A stretch of 64,000 bases of DNA from Candidatus Obscuribacteraceae bacterium (GCA_044229845.1 JBGASG010000002.1:128001-192000); one strand, 5' to 3'. Shown: positions 32,220-42,587, counted from the stretch's first letter. Notes: a model not told the origin generated them from the sequence alone. Made by a program: numbers and translations.

Positions 32220-33079
32220 TTCGCTGTTACCTCCTGAGCGCGTGCGGGTGCGTTCAAATTTAGTATGTTCTCGAGTCCGACCACCATGTGATCCAGATCC
32301 ATCACTGCTTTCAGCGCCAGCTCAATGCCCTTGCCGAAACAGTCGGTGTTAAAACTGTCGTGGCGGACGGTGAGCAGTTCGCCCGGCGCGCCGAAAATGA
32401 CTTCCTGATGCGAGATCAGACCCGGCAATCGCAACGAATGAATGCGCACGCCGGATTCTACCTTGCCGCCGCGCGAGCCTTCCAGAAGCTCGTGGTCTTC
32501 GACCTCACGCGGGTTGAACTGATTTCCTGACTCGCTGAGTTTGCGCGCGGTGTGCATGGCGGTTCCCGATGGTGCATCTAATTTCTTAGTATGGTGCATT
32601 TCGACAATTTCGACATTCGGGAAGAATGCGCCAGCCTGGCGGGCGAACTCCATCATCAGGACGGCTCCGACGGCGAAGTTGGGAACGTGCATGGCGCCCA
32701 ATTGCTTGCGGGCAGCCAGTTCGGTCAGTGACTTGATGTCCCGGGGGTCGAGTCCGGACGAGCCGGTGACCGCGCGCAATCCCTTGTCCAGAGCCCATTT
32801 CATATGCTCGACGGCTGGCTCGGCGTGAGAAAAGTCCAGTAAGACATCGGCTTCCAAGCCCTGCGGCAGGTCATTGAGACCGCCGACGATGACGACTCCG
32901 GTCCTCAAGAGGCCGACGAGTTCGCCGGCATCCTTGCCGATGTAATCCGCGCCGGCACGCCCGGTGGCGCCGACCAGCTTGAAATCGGGGTTTTCAGCGA
33001 ACAGCTTCGTGCAATAGCGGCCCATGCGGCCGTTAATGCCCGTAACGATTACCCGAATTGGCTTACTGGGGGATTGCAA
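32216..33079 (-). CDS. dapB: 4-hydroxy-tetrahydrodipicolinate reductase
   Basis: GINGRMG, EMHHTKKLDAPSGTA. Confidence 0.96.
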   Translation of the reverse strand: MQSPSKPIRVIVTGINGRMGRYCTKLFAENPDFKLVGATGRAGADYIGKDAGELVGLLRTGVVIVGGLNDLPQGLEADVLLDFSHAEPAVEHMKWALDKGLRAVTGSSGLDPRDIKSLTELAARKQLGAMHVPNFAVGAVLMMEFARQAGAFFPNVEIVEMHHTKKLDAPSGTAMHTARKLSESGNQFNPREVEDHELLEGSRGGKVESGVRIHSLRLPGLISHQEVIFGAPGELLTVRHDSFNTDCFGKGIELALKAVMDLDHMVVGLENILNLNAPARAQEVTAK

Positions 33080-33161
33080 AACTTGAAGGATCTCCCGAAA
33101 ACGCCTGCGGTTCTAGACAAGCGTACCAGGGGATGCCATTAAATGATCACTTCGCTAAGCG

Positions 33162-34016
33162 ATGAAAAGCGCCGAGCGGGCGTCTTTTGGCACTACAATC
33201 TGCGGTATGAGCTACCAGACATTTCACCGCCACCCGCAGATAATCATCGCCGGAGCGCTCTGCGTGCTGTTCTTCGCCGCCGGCTGCACAGCTCCTCTGT
33301 CGATTCCGGCACCCAGTGCCGGACCCGGCTCCGCCAATGTGGGGGCGGTGTCTGCATCAGACCGCCAACAGCTCGAACAATCGCTGGCTCTCACGGTGGC
33401 GGCCAGCCGCCAGGACGGGTCTCCGACTTTTCCGCACAATGCGGAAATCGACGCGCGCCGCCTGCTGGCGCTCGACCGCAACGAGAACAACTACGAGAAA
33501 ACCATGGAGCACGCCACTAGTTTGGCTGAGATTCTGGAAAGAAACGGTCGGATTGACGAGGCGGACATACTGCGCGAGTCGCTGAGCAAGTACAAAGAGG
33601 CGCAAAGCGAACGGGCTCTCGGTGAAGAGAACTTGCAGAAGGGCGACCTGGAGGCAGCTCTGCAGCACTTCAATAAAGAGATTGATGCTCTCGAACATCT
33701 TGATCCCAAGATCTTCAGCGCGTATTCGAAAACCCTGATGGATGCTTACACTCACCTGGCTCTCGTGCAGCAAAAATTACAACACTACGAAGAGGCGGAA
33801 CGACTGCACCGCCAGATCATTGGTGCCACAGTGGAGGCGGAAGGGGACGAGAGCATTGCGGCTCAAGACTCCCAACTCGATCTGGCGCGTTTTTTCGCCG
33901 CCATCGGCGACGCGCACCGAGCACGCCTGATGCTGGACAACGTGATCACGAAGTTTCCGAAGTGCGATGAAGCTCGCAAGCTGCGCGCGCAACTAGGCGA
34001 CGAATCGAAGAGCTAA
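33162..34016 (+). CDS. TPR-containing putative lipoprotein (start may be 33207)
   Basis: Lipobox-like FAAGC; TPR-like helices. Confidence 0.7.
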   Translation: MKSAERASFGTTICGMSYQTFHRHPQIIIAGALCVLFFAAGCTAPLSIPAPSAGPGSANVGAVSASDRQQLEQSLALTVAASRQDGSPTFPHNAEIDARRLLALDRNENNYEKTMEHATSLAEILERNGRIDEADILRESLSKYKEAQSERALGEENLQKGDLEAALQHFNKEIDALEHLDPKIFSAYSKTLMDAYTHLALVQQKLQHYEEAERLHRQIIGATVEAEGDESIAAQDSQLDLARFFAAIGDAHRARLMLDNVITKFPKCDEARKLRAQLGDESKS

Positions 34017-34019
34017 GCG

Positions 34020-34499
34020 TCAGTCGAGGATGGTGGCGGAGGCCAGCATGGCGCGACCGGTCGATCCGAAGCCGCCTGAGCCGCGTTCGCTGTCGTTGGT
34101 TTCGTCGACTTCAATTACTTCCACGCGCGGAACCGGCGTGATCAAAAGTTGGGCGATGCGCTCGCCGGGTTCGAAGATATAGACTTCGTCGCCGTGGTTG
34201 ATCAACAGCACCACCACTTCTCCGCGGTAGTCACTATCGATGGTGCCGACACAGTTGGTCAATGTGACACCAGCTTTGGCGGCAAGACCGGAACGCGGAC
34301 GCAACTGACCTTCGTAGCCCGGCGGAATTTCGACAACCAGTCCCGTCGGCATGCCGAGCCGTTTTCCCGGCGCCAGGCAGAGCGGTCCGTCAATGGCAGC
34401 AGTCAAATCAAGTCCAGCCGCTCCCGGTGTTGCATAACGGGGTAGATCGCGGCAATGCGGAAGGCGTTTCACTTTCAGTTTGACTGCGGCTGTTTCCAC
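34020..34499 (-). CDS. dut: dUTP diphosphatase
   Basis: AGLDL, RPRSGLA, GTIDSDYRGE, RGSGGFGSTG; GTG start with AGAGG upstream. Confidence 0.96.
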   Translation of the reverse strand: METAAVKLKVKRLPHCRDLPRYATPGAAGLDLTAAIDGPLCLAPGKRLGMPTGLVVEIPPGYEGQLRPRSGLAAKAGVTLTNCVGTIDSDYRGEVVVLLINHGDEVYIFEPGERIAQLLITPVPRVEVIEVDETNDSERGSGGFGSTGRAMLASATILD

Positions 34500-34530
34500 T
34501 TCTGCGTTCCTCTTTGATGAGATTAGGTGT

Positions 34531-35784
34531 TTAGCAAGCGAGCTCGTATTGCGATTGCAACTCGGACGTGGGTCCAACGACCACCAGCGAGAGCTGGTCG
34601 TTTCTCAAAAATTCATTGGCGATGTTCTTCAGTTCTTCCGAAGTCACTTTGTCGATGTCGTGACAGATCTCTTCGACTGTCAGTTGCCGACCGTAATAGA
34701 GTTCGCTGTACGCATTGCGACTGGTGCGGTAGCGCATCGATTCCAATCCGAGCAGAAGCTCCGATTTCAGTTGCGTCTTGGCGCGTTTGATTTCTTCGTC
34801 GGTCAGACCGTCCGCTTTCACTTTCTGGAACTCAGCTCCGGTCAACTCCAGCACCTGCGAAACGTGCTTGGGACTGGTGCCGGCATAAACGCCGAACAAT
34901 CCGGCTTTAGTATGGCTTTCGCGGAATGTATTGATGCTGTACACCAGACCGCGTTTCTCGCGCACTTCCTGGAACAGGCGCGATGACATGTTTCCTCCCA
35001 GGCAGAGATCGAGAATCGCCAGGGCATAACGGCGTTGATCGAGCATTTCGATACCGGGCACGGCCAGCACCAGATGCGCTTGTTCGATGTCGCGGTGTTT
35101 GACGAGGTTGAATCGTTCGTATGCCGGAGTGCCGACATCGGGCTTCTGCAACCCAACGGACAATCTATTGAGACCTCGCGACAGCTGTTCAATCACTTGC
35201 TTGTCGTCGAACTTACCGGCGATCGAGATAACAAAGTGCTCGGGGTGGTAAAAATCGCGAACATGCTCTTTGAGCATTTCGCTGGTCAGCCCGCACACGG
35301 TCTCGGCAGTGCCGGTTATCGGTCGGCTTAGAGGATGTTCAGGCCAGATGTTGGCAATCAGCGTCTCGTGCGTGACGTCCTCGGGATCGTCATCGTACAT
35401 CTTGATCTCTTCGAGGATCACCTGGCGTTCCATATCCAGGTCATCTTGCGCCAAGCGGGCGTCGGTCAGCATATCGAGCAGCAGATCAATCGCCACATGC
35501 ACACGGTCGCCCATGACGCGCCCGTAAAAACAAGTGTTCTCTTTTCCGGTGGCGGCGCCGAGGCTGCCGCCGACATCTTCGATCTCCTGCGCAATTTCGC
35601 GCGCCGTGCGCTTGCGAGTGCCCTTGAATAGCATGTGCTCGAGACAATGCGAGACACCGTTTGTCTTCAGTGTCTCGTCTTGGGAACCGACATCAACCCA
35701 CACACCAATAGAAGCGGAATACACCTCATCGACGACTTCGGTGATGATGCGCGCTCCATTGTCTAACTTTGTGGTTTGTATCAT
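34531..35784 (-). CDS. M16 family zinc peptidase
   Basis: HCLEH (HXXEH), SSRLFQEVREKRGLVY. Confidence 0.95.
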   Translation of the reverse strand: MIQTTKLDNGARIITEVVDEVYSASIGVWVDVGSQDETLKTNGVSHCLEHMLFKGTRKRTAREIAQEIEDVGGSLGAATGKENTCFYGRVMGDRVHVAIDLLLDMLTDARLAQDDLDMERQVILEEIKMYDDDPEDVTHETLIANIWPEHPLSRPITGTAETVCGLTSEMLKEHVRDFYHPEHFVISIAGKFDDKQVIEQLSRGLNRLSVGLQKPDVGTPAYERFNLVKHRDIEQAHLVLAVPGIEMLDQRRYALAILDLCLGGNMSSRLFQEVREKRGLVYSINTFRESHTKAGLFGVYAGTSPKHVSQVLELTGAEFQKVKADGLTDEEIKRAKTQLKSELLLGLESMRYRTSRNAYSELYYGRQLTVEEICHDIDKVTSEELKNIANEFLRNDQLSLVVVGPTSELQSQYELAC

Positions 35785-35857
35785 TCTCCAAACGCCGTGG
35801 CCGGGCGCTTCCGGTGCCAATTATAGCCGACTCCGGGGCAACCAACAGCAGTGAAAC

Positions 35858-36204
35858 AAACAAAAACACCACCCGAACTGAATCGCGGTGGTGTTTTCGC
35901 TACTGTCTGACTGCCCGTTGCTCGGGCTCAGTATTTCCTCACGCTTCAGCCAGTCCTTCACGTGGGGCGAGCTCACATCAGCTGTCGTTCCCGGTCAGCG
36001 CTGACCTGACGTTTCCGCTTGGCTCCTCGGCTCGACGCGATTGCAATTTCAGTTCAACCGCTCACCTGATGCATTCAAGAATACAGGTCAGTTTCACGCC
36101 CGAGAAGTACCCCAGAGGACCTTTAATAATCAGCGTTTTGCGTATACAAAACCCGCATCAGAAGCTATGGACTAGCACCACATTTGGTTAAGAAGCGCTC
36201 GATC
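35858..36204 (-). ncRNA. Putative ~350-nt structured ncRNA, copy 1 of 9
   Basis: Conserved repeat; covarying stems; G-U pairs favour the minus strand; terminator hairpin 35867-35893 plus minus-strand U tract. Confidence 0.75.
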
Positions 36205-36357
36205 CACGCGCGCCCCAAAGGGCTCAGGCATTCCATATTCTTTATATATAGGTACGCAATCGAATCGATCGCCCGCCCCGCCCCAATTTATATAAACGCA
36301 TCGCCAATAAGCGACTGCAGGCTCTAAAATGAGACAGAACAAAGGATCGCCACTCCA

Positions 36358-38094
36358 TTGGATCGAGACCGCGACGAGCCCCTCATAAGCAACAGCCACC
36401 CGTCCGGAGTCCTGCGCGCCGGCTACATTCTGGGCGACCGCTACCGCATCGAAGGCTGCATCGGCGCCGGGGGCATGGGCGGCGTGTATAAAGCTACGCA
36501 CATCGAACTGCGGAATACGGTCGCCATCAAAGTAATGCATTCGCGTTTCTCGGTCGACCAGAATGCAGTGGCGCGCTTCCATCGAGAAGCCAAAATCATC
36601 TCCGGACTGCATCACAAAAACATTTTGTCGGTCTACTCGTTTGGAAGCGCCGACGGACTTCTCTATTTGGCGATGGAATTCATCGACGGTCGGTCGCTTG
36701 GAGATTTGATCAGAGAACAAAAACTGCGGTCACAGAAAAACAATGCCATTGCGATTCTTCTGCAAATCTGCGATGCAATGGCTTACGCACACCACCAACA
36801 CGTATTGCACCGCGATCTCAAGCCCGACAATGTACTGATTACCAAGGCCGATCAGACAGCCAAAGTGGTCGACTTCGGATTGGCAAAATTGACTGACGAA
36901 GAAATGCAGCGACTGACAAGCACCGGTCTGGTCGTGGGAGATCCGCGCTATATGAGTCCGGAGCAGTCTCAGGGAAAACCAGTTGACGGACGCTCGGACA
37001 TTTATTCCTTTGGATGTTTGATGTACGAGCTGCTTGCCGGCCGCTGCCCATTCGATGCCGATGCGCCCGTTGCGATTCTCTTCAAACAGATCTCGGAAAA
37101 TCCCGAACTATTTGCTGACGAAACCAACCTTTCGCGCTCACTGCAAGCCATAACGCTGCAGTGCATGCAAAAGGATCCTCAGTTGCGTTATCAATCGTTT
37201 GAAGAAATTGCCGTGCAGTTGCAAATACTCGCGAGCGATCCTGATGCGAAAGTGGAAGGGAGCCACAGCAAAGCTCGTGCTGGTGCTCAAAAACATCCGG
37301 CATCCCCACAAAAAAAACGATTGCTCGCCGTCTTTACCGGGGTGGTTATCACTACGCTTGCCGGTCTGTGTGTGCTGCTTCTCTTGACCCAGTCAAACTC
37401 AAACACGAACGCAACCGGTAAGGATCAGCAAACCGATCACGATCTGCGCCAAGTGCTGGAAAAACTCAAACGCTCATACCACGACGAAGCAAAGTACAAA
37501 AGGGAGTCGCTGGAAGCAGAAAGCATCGCGTCCCAAAATCCCGGCGCGGTCAGTCCTCTTTATCGGGGGCGACTTGATTACGTTCACGCCAGGGTGCTGC
37601 AAGTGGAGACGTATCGATCAAGACCAGTTGAGAAACAGCAGCCCGGCTGGGAACAGGCGCTTAGCTACAGTCGCAAGTCAGTAGTTGAACTAAAGAAGGC
37701 GCGAGCAGATGACGCTTCCTCCTACAGCACTCACACGCGCACGGCAACCGGCTTGCTGATGATGAAGGAAGAAGATCAATATTTCTTCGATTCGATTTTG
37801 CTTTGGCAAGCGATGGCGGAGAAGTGCAATCGGGCCAATGAAGTCGAATCCTCAATGAACGAGATAATGGACTTCTGCGAACGATTCAAAATCGAATCCG
37901 ACTCCGCACCACGCATGACTCCGCTGTGGCAGCTGAAGATCAGTCGCATCGTGCAGACCGGCGATCGGACTGCAGCAAAAACCATCGCCGAGCGCTATTT
38001 GCGGTGCCTGAGGAAACAAGGCTATAAAGCAAGCTTTATTGACGATCAGGTGCGCGCAGTCAGAGCATTGGCGGGAATCGACTTACCGAATTGA
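36358..38094 (+). CDS. Membrane Ser/Thr protein kinase 1 (TTG start)
   Basis: GAGGMG, VAIK, HRDLKPDN, DFG, GDPRYMSPEQ; TM; helical C-domain. Confidence 0.95.
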   Translation: MDRDRDEPLISNSHPSGVLRAGYILGDRYRIEGCIGAGGMGGVYKATHIELRNTVAIKVMHSRFSVDQNAVARFHREAKIISGLHHKNILSVYSFGSADGLLYLAMEFIDGRSLGDLIREQKLRSQKNNAIAILLQICDAMAYAHHQHVLHRDLKPDNVLITKADQTAKVVDFGLAKLTDEEMQRLTSTGLVVGDPRYMSPEQSQGKPVDGRSDIYSFGCLMYELLAGRCPFDADAPVAILFKQISENPELFADETNLSRSLQAITLQCMQKDPQLRYQSFEEIAVQLQILASDPDAKVEGSHSKARAGAQKHPASPQKKRLLAVFTGVVITTLAGLCVLLLLTQSNSNTNATGKDQQTDHDLRQVLEKLKRSYHDEAKYKRESLEAESIASQNPGAVSPLYRGRLDYVHARVLQVETYRSRPVEKQQPGWEQALSYSRKSVVELKKARADDASSYSTHTRTATGLLMMKEEDQYFFDSILLWQAMAEKCNRANEVESSMNEIMDFCERFKIESDSAPRMTPLWQLKISRIVQTGDRTAAKTIAERYLRCLRKQGYKASFIDDQVRAVRALAGIDLPN

Positions 38095-38095
38095 A

Positions 38096-38443
38096 AAACA
38101 AAAACACCACCCGAACTGAATCGCGGTGGTGTTCATGCTACTGCCTGACTGCCCGTTGCTCGGGCTCAGTATTTCCTCATGCTTCAGTCAGTCCTTCACA
38201 TGGGGCGAGCTCTCATCAGCTGTCGTTTCCGGTCAGCGCGGACCTGGTGTTTCTGCTTGGCTCCTCGGCTCGACGCGATTGCAACATCAGCTCAATCGCT
38301 CACCTGATGCATTCAAGAATACACGGCAGCTTCATACCGGAGAAGTACCCCAGAGGACCTTTAATGATCGGCGCTTCGCGTATACAGAACCCACACCAGG
38401 AGCTATAGACCGGCACCACATTCGGTTAAGAAGCGCTCGATCC
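38096..38443 (-). ncRNA. Putative structured ncRNA, copy 2
   Basis: Homologous to 35858-36204. Confidence 0.75.
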
Positions 38444-38604
38444 ACGCGCGCCCCAAAGGGTTCCGGCATTCCATATCGTTTATACAAGTACTTATATATA
38501 AACGCGACAGCGATCCGCCCTAAAGTCACCCGGTTCCATATAGACACATCGCTAACTATCAACCCGAGAGCGTAAAATGAGAAGGAACAAAGGAAGCATC
38601 GTAA

Positions 38605-40338
38605 TTGGATCAAGACCTCCCGAGCACCATACAATCCGGCACGATTCTCGACGGCAAGTACCGCATCGAAGGCTACATCGGCGCGGGCGGTATGGGTAGC
38701 GTCTACAAAGCGATACACGTGCAGCTCGGCAACCCGGTCGCCATCAAAATCATGCACCCGCGGTTTTCACTCGACACCAATTCGACAGCCAGGTTCCACA
38801 GAGAAGCGAAGATCATTTCCGGGCTGCATCACAAGAACATTCTGGCGGTCTATGCATTTGGTTCCAGCGACGGATCTCTATACATGGCAATGGAATTCGT
38901 TGATGGGCAGTCGCTAGGAGATCTGATCAGGGAGCGCGGACCGATGGCGCCGGAAAGTGCAGTACAAATACTCCTACAGATTTGCGAGGCGATGACCTAC
39001 GCGCACCGGCACAAAGTATTACATCGCGATTTAAAACCAGACAACGTACTTTTGGAGCGAGACACCGCGCTGGCAAAAGTCGTCGACTTCGGACTGGCTA
39101 AACTGACTGACGCGGAAACGCAACGACTGACGAGTACCGGCATGATCGTCGGTGACGCGCGCTACATGAGCCCCGAGCAATCGCAAGGCAAGCCGATCGA
39201 TCAACGTTCAGACGTGTACTCATTCGGCTGCCTGATGTATGAAACACTTGCGGGACGCTGCCCGTTTGAAGCAGATACGCCGGTTGCGGTTTTGTTCAAG
39301 CAAGTCTCAGAGGATCCGCAGCCCTTCGCCGCCGATTCGAATATCTCGCGTTCGCTGCAGGCAATTACACTCCAGGCAATGCAGAAGGAGCAACAACAGC
39401 GCTATCAATCGTTTGAAGAGATCGCCACACAATTGCAAAAACTCGTCGGCGATCCAAATGCAAAAGTCGACGGCAGTCACCGTAAAGCATTACCAAAATC
39501 GGCCGGCTCAGGCAGAATGAACAAAGCCACGGCGCTCACAGCGGTACTACTCCTCGCCCTGGCAGCAGTACTGGTGCAGCCGTTGCTGGCATTTTTTCTG
39601 CCGCGCGCGCTGGACAACGAGAACACAACCGGCAATCAGCAATCGAAGCGAACGGCAGAAATGCAAATAGCCAACTTGATACGACAACTAGTATTGCGCG
39701 GTCCTCGCGACGAGCAATTCAGCTCGCTTCTCAACGAAGCCGAATCAATTGCAAAGCAAAATCCTGACATCGACCTCGCGTTCAAGGGTCGTCTCAAATT
39801 TATGCACGGGCGATTAATCGAATCCCGCCACCTAGCAACACACGCCAAGCCAAATATCTTCAGCGATCTGAAGGCTCAAGATAAGCGCAACCTGCAGGAG
39901 GGGCTAAATTACAGCCGCATTGCGGTAAACGAATTACGACAGTCCATGACCGACGCGGAATCGCATCGTGTCTGGAAATCAGAAACCGCCAGTGGATTGA
40001 AACCTCTGCTCGTCGAAGAAATACACTTTCTCGAGTCGCTGGCGCTCTGGCGAGAGATGTCCATTCTGTGCGATTCGTTTTCGGAGATAGAAGCTGCTTC
40101 GGCCCAGATATTTCAAATCTCGGATAGATACAAAATCGACTACGCCAACGAAGCATTAGTGCGCTCTGCGTATGCCGAGTTGATCGAGTTTTACAGGCTT
40201 CGGCACAAGACGTCCGCTGCCGACATCTTGACGAAACGCTATCTGGACAATTTGAAACTGCAGGGCTGCGATCCGCTATTCATCGCCGATGAGCAAAAGC
40301 GGCTACAAACGCAAAAACAAAAACACCACCCGAACTGA
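38605..40338 (+). CDS. Membrane Ser/Thr protein kinase 2 (TTG start; ends KQKHHPN within the repeat)
   Basis: Hanks motifs, GDARYMSPEQ, TM. Confidence 0.95.
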   Translation: MDQDLPSTIQSGTILDGKYRIEGYIGAGGMGSVYKAIHVQLGNPVAIKIMHPRFSLDTNSTARFHREAKIISGLHHKNILAVYAFGSSDGSLYMAMEFVDGQSLGDLIRERGPMAPESAVQILLQICEAMTYAHRHKVLHRDLKPDNVLLERDTALAKVVDFGLAKLTDAETQRLTSTGMIVGDARYMSPEQSQGKPIDQRSDVYSFGCLMYETLAGRCPFEADTPVAVLFKQVSEDPQPFAADSNISRSLQAITLQAMQKEQQQRYQSFEEIATQLQKLVGDPNAKVDGSHRKALPKSAGSGRMNKATALTAVLLLALAAVLVQPLLAFFLPRALDNENTTGNQQSKRTAEMQIANLIRQLVLRGPRDEQFSSLLNEAESIAKQNPDIDLAFKGRLKFMHGRLIESRHLATHAKPNIFSDLKAQDKRNLQEGLNYSRIAVNELRQSMTDAESHRVWKSETASGLKPLLVEEIHFLESLALWREMSILCDSFSEIEAASAQIFQISDRYKIDYANEALVRSAYAELIEFYRLRHKTSAADILTKRYLDNLKLQGCDPLFIADEQKRLQTQKQKHHPN

Positions 40339-40661
40339 ATCGCGGTGGTGTTTATGCTACTGCCTGACTGCCCGTTGCTCGGGCTCAGTATCTCCTCACG
40401 CTTCAGCCAGTCCTTCACGTGGGGCGAGCTCACATCAGCTGTCGTTTCCGGTCAGCGCTGACCTGGTGTTTCCGCTTGGCTCCTCGGCTCGACGCGATTG
40501 CAATTTCAGTTCAATCGCTCACCTGATGCATTCAAGAATACACGGCAGTTTAGCGTACGAGAAGTACCCCAGAGGACCTTTAATGATCTACCTTACGCGT
40601 ACACGAACCCCGCACCAAAAGCTATTTCCTTGCACCACATTTGGTTATGAAGCGCTCGATC
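40315..40661 (-). ncRNA. Putative structured ncRNA, copy 3
   Basis: Homologous to copy 1. Confidence 0.75.
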
Positions 40662-40823
40662 TATGCGCGCCGCAATGAGTTCCGGCATTCAATATCGTTT
40701 ATACAGGTACTTATATATCGATGCGGCGAGAAACCCGCCCAGGGTCGCTCGATTCTATATAGGCGTATCGCCAACTATCGACCGGAGAGCGTAGAATGAG
40801 AAGGAACAAAGGATCGCCCAAGC

Positions 40824-42587
40824 TTGGATCACACAGACGAACAGCAACTTGCCTCGAATACGCAGTCGCTTGCGGGCGGCGGATTGTCCACAGGCACGAT
40901 TCTTGACGGCAAATTTCGCATTGGTAGCTATATCGGCGGTGGAGGCATGGGCGCAGTCTTTAGCGCCACTCATCTGAAGTTAGGAAATCAGGTAGCCATC
41001 AAAGTTCTGCACTCTCGATTTGCGGTCGATCAAAATGCGGTGGCACGGTTTCATCGCGAAGCAAAAATCATCGCCGGGCTGCACCACAAAAACATTCTTT
41101 CCGTCTACGCTTTCGGTTCAGCAGATGGGCTCTTGTACATGGCAATGGAGCTTGTCGACGGCAAGTCGCTTGGAGACCTGATCGCACAGCACGGATCGTA
41201 TTCACCGGAGCGAGCCATTCCCCTTCTTCTTCAGATTTGCGATGCCATGAGTTATGCGCACCAACAAAAAGTCTTGCATCGCGACTTGAAGCCGGACAAC
41301 GTGCTCGTAACCAATGCCGATGACACAGCAAAAGTCGTCGACTTCGGGCTGGCAAAACTTACTGATGCAGAGATGCAAAGACTGACCACCACCGGCATGG
41401 TGGTCGGCGATCCGCGCTACATGAGCCCGGAGCAATCACAAGGCAAGCCGGTCGATGCTCGCTCCGACATCTACTCTTTCGGTTGCTTGATGTATGAAAT
41501 GTTGGCCGGAAGGCGTCCGTTCGACGCTGATACACCGGTTGCAATTCTTTTCAAGCAGATCTCCGAATACCCCGAATCTTTTGCAGATCAGACCAACATT
41601 TCACTGTCGCTTCAGGCGATAGCGTTTCAGGCTCTGCAAAAAGATCCGCAGGCACGGTATCAATCAATTGACGACCTGTCCAGCCAACTGCTCAAGTTGT
41701 CGCGAAATCCAGATGCAAAAGTCGAAGGAGTACGCGCTGGTGGCACGCCTACCCAGTCGCGCAGCACAACCGGAAGTCGCGCAGCGCGCCAGCATGCACT
41801 AAAAATGCTGATCGGTGCATTGCTAGTTGTGGGAGCAATCACGGTCGGCATGGTCATCATTGGCACCAGCACTCGACTGAGCAACGAAGAAGGGCTGCGA
41901 GCAAGCACCCGGCACGAAGTCAGACTTGAGTTCGACTCGCTGATTTCCAACCAGGGCTTTGTCGGCGACCAGAACCCCACAGACGCTCTGGAGCGAGCGC
42001 AAATCCTAGTTGCCCAGTACCCAGAGGAATTCAATTCCAGCGATCGAGCGAAGCTTGATTTGGTACAGGCTCTGAATTTCGAGAGGCTGGGTCGTTATAG
42101 AGAACCAGACAAAATAAAACTCGCGCAGACGCATAACAAAGGGGCCATTTCTCAACTGGAGACTGCCCTCAAAGTACATTCCGACCATCGCCGCCAAAAC
42201 AACATGCCCACGACGGATGCCGGCATGGAACCCTGGAGTAGTGATTCACGTTATTTATTTGAAGCACTACTGCTCCAATCAAGGTTGGCCGATCGAACCG
42301 GCGACCTCAAAGAGATGCGGAGCGCCATAGACTCGCTCCTCTCATTCGCAGAAAAATACGAGTTACCCTACACCATAGACAGGCGCCTGCTAAGAGAGGC
42401 GTGCGAAAGGTTGATTATGGCTTACGGTCAAGCGAACGACAGGCAGGCAGCAGAACAAGTACTGCAGCGCTTTATGAATTGCCTGGCAACTCAAGGTGAC
42501 ATCACCGCATTTACCGATAACGATGAACGATTGCTGCGCGACACCATGGAAAAGGCCTTCGACAAACAAAAACACCACCCGAACTGA
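40824..42587 (+). CDS. Membrane Ser/Thr protein kinase 3 (TTG start; ends KQKHHPN)
   Basis: Hanks motifs, GDPRYMSPEQ, TM. Confidence 0.95.
   Translation: MDHTDEQQLASNTQSLAGGGLSTGTILDGKFRIGSYIGGGGMGAVFSATHLKLGNQVAIKVLHSRFAVDQNAVARFHREAKIIAGLHHKNILSVYAFGSADGLLYMAMELVDGKSLGDLIAQHGSYSPERAIPLLLQICDAMSYAHQQKVLHRDLKPDNVLVTNADDTAKVVDFGLAKLTDAEMQRLTTTGMVVGDPRYMSPEQSQGKPVDARSDIYSFGCLMYEMLAGRRPFDADTPVAILFKQISEYPESFADQTNISLSLQAIAFQALQKDPQARYQSIDDLSSQLLKLSRNPDAKVEGVRAGGTPTQSRSTTGSRAARQHALKMLIGALLVVGAITVGMVIIGTSTRLSNEEGLRASTRHEVRLEFDSLISNQGFVGDQNPTDALERAQILVAQYPEEFNSSDRAKLDLVQALNFERLGRYREPDKIKLAQTHNKGAISQLETALKVHSDHRRQNNMPTTDAGMEPWSSDSRYLFEALLLQSRLADRTGDLKEMRSAIDSLLSFAEKYELPYTIDRRLLREACERLIMAYGQANDRQAAEQVLQRFMNCLATQGDITAFTDNDERLLRDTMEKAFDKQKHHPN

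Noticed and set aside
35990..36070. Glycine-riboswitch-like words in the element (minus strand GGUGAG...CCGAGGAGCCAAGCGGAAAC..UCAGG)
   Set aside because: Lacks GGAGA and the CUCUCAGG pairing partner; eight of nine copies have no co-oriented downstream gene
35858..36204. Element as SRP RNA, RNase P RNA, tmRNA, T-box, or group I/II intron
   Set aside because: No GGAAGG/AGCAG SRP loop, GAGGAAAGUCC, tRNA-like ends, UGGNACC T-box or domain V motif found by eye; cmscan is still needed
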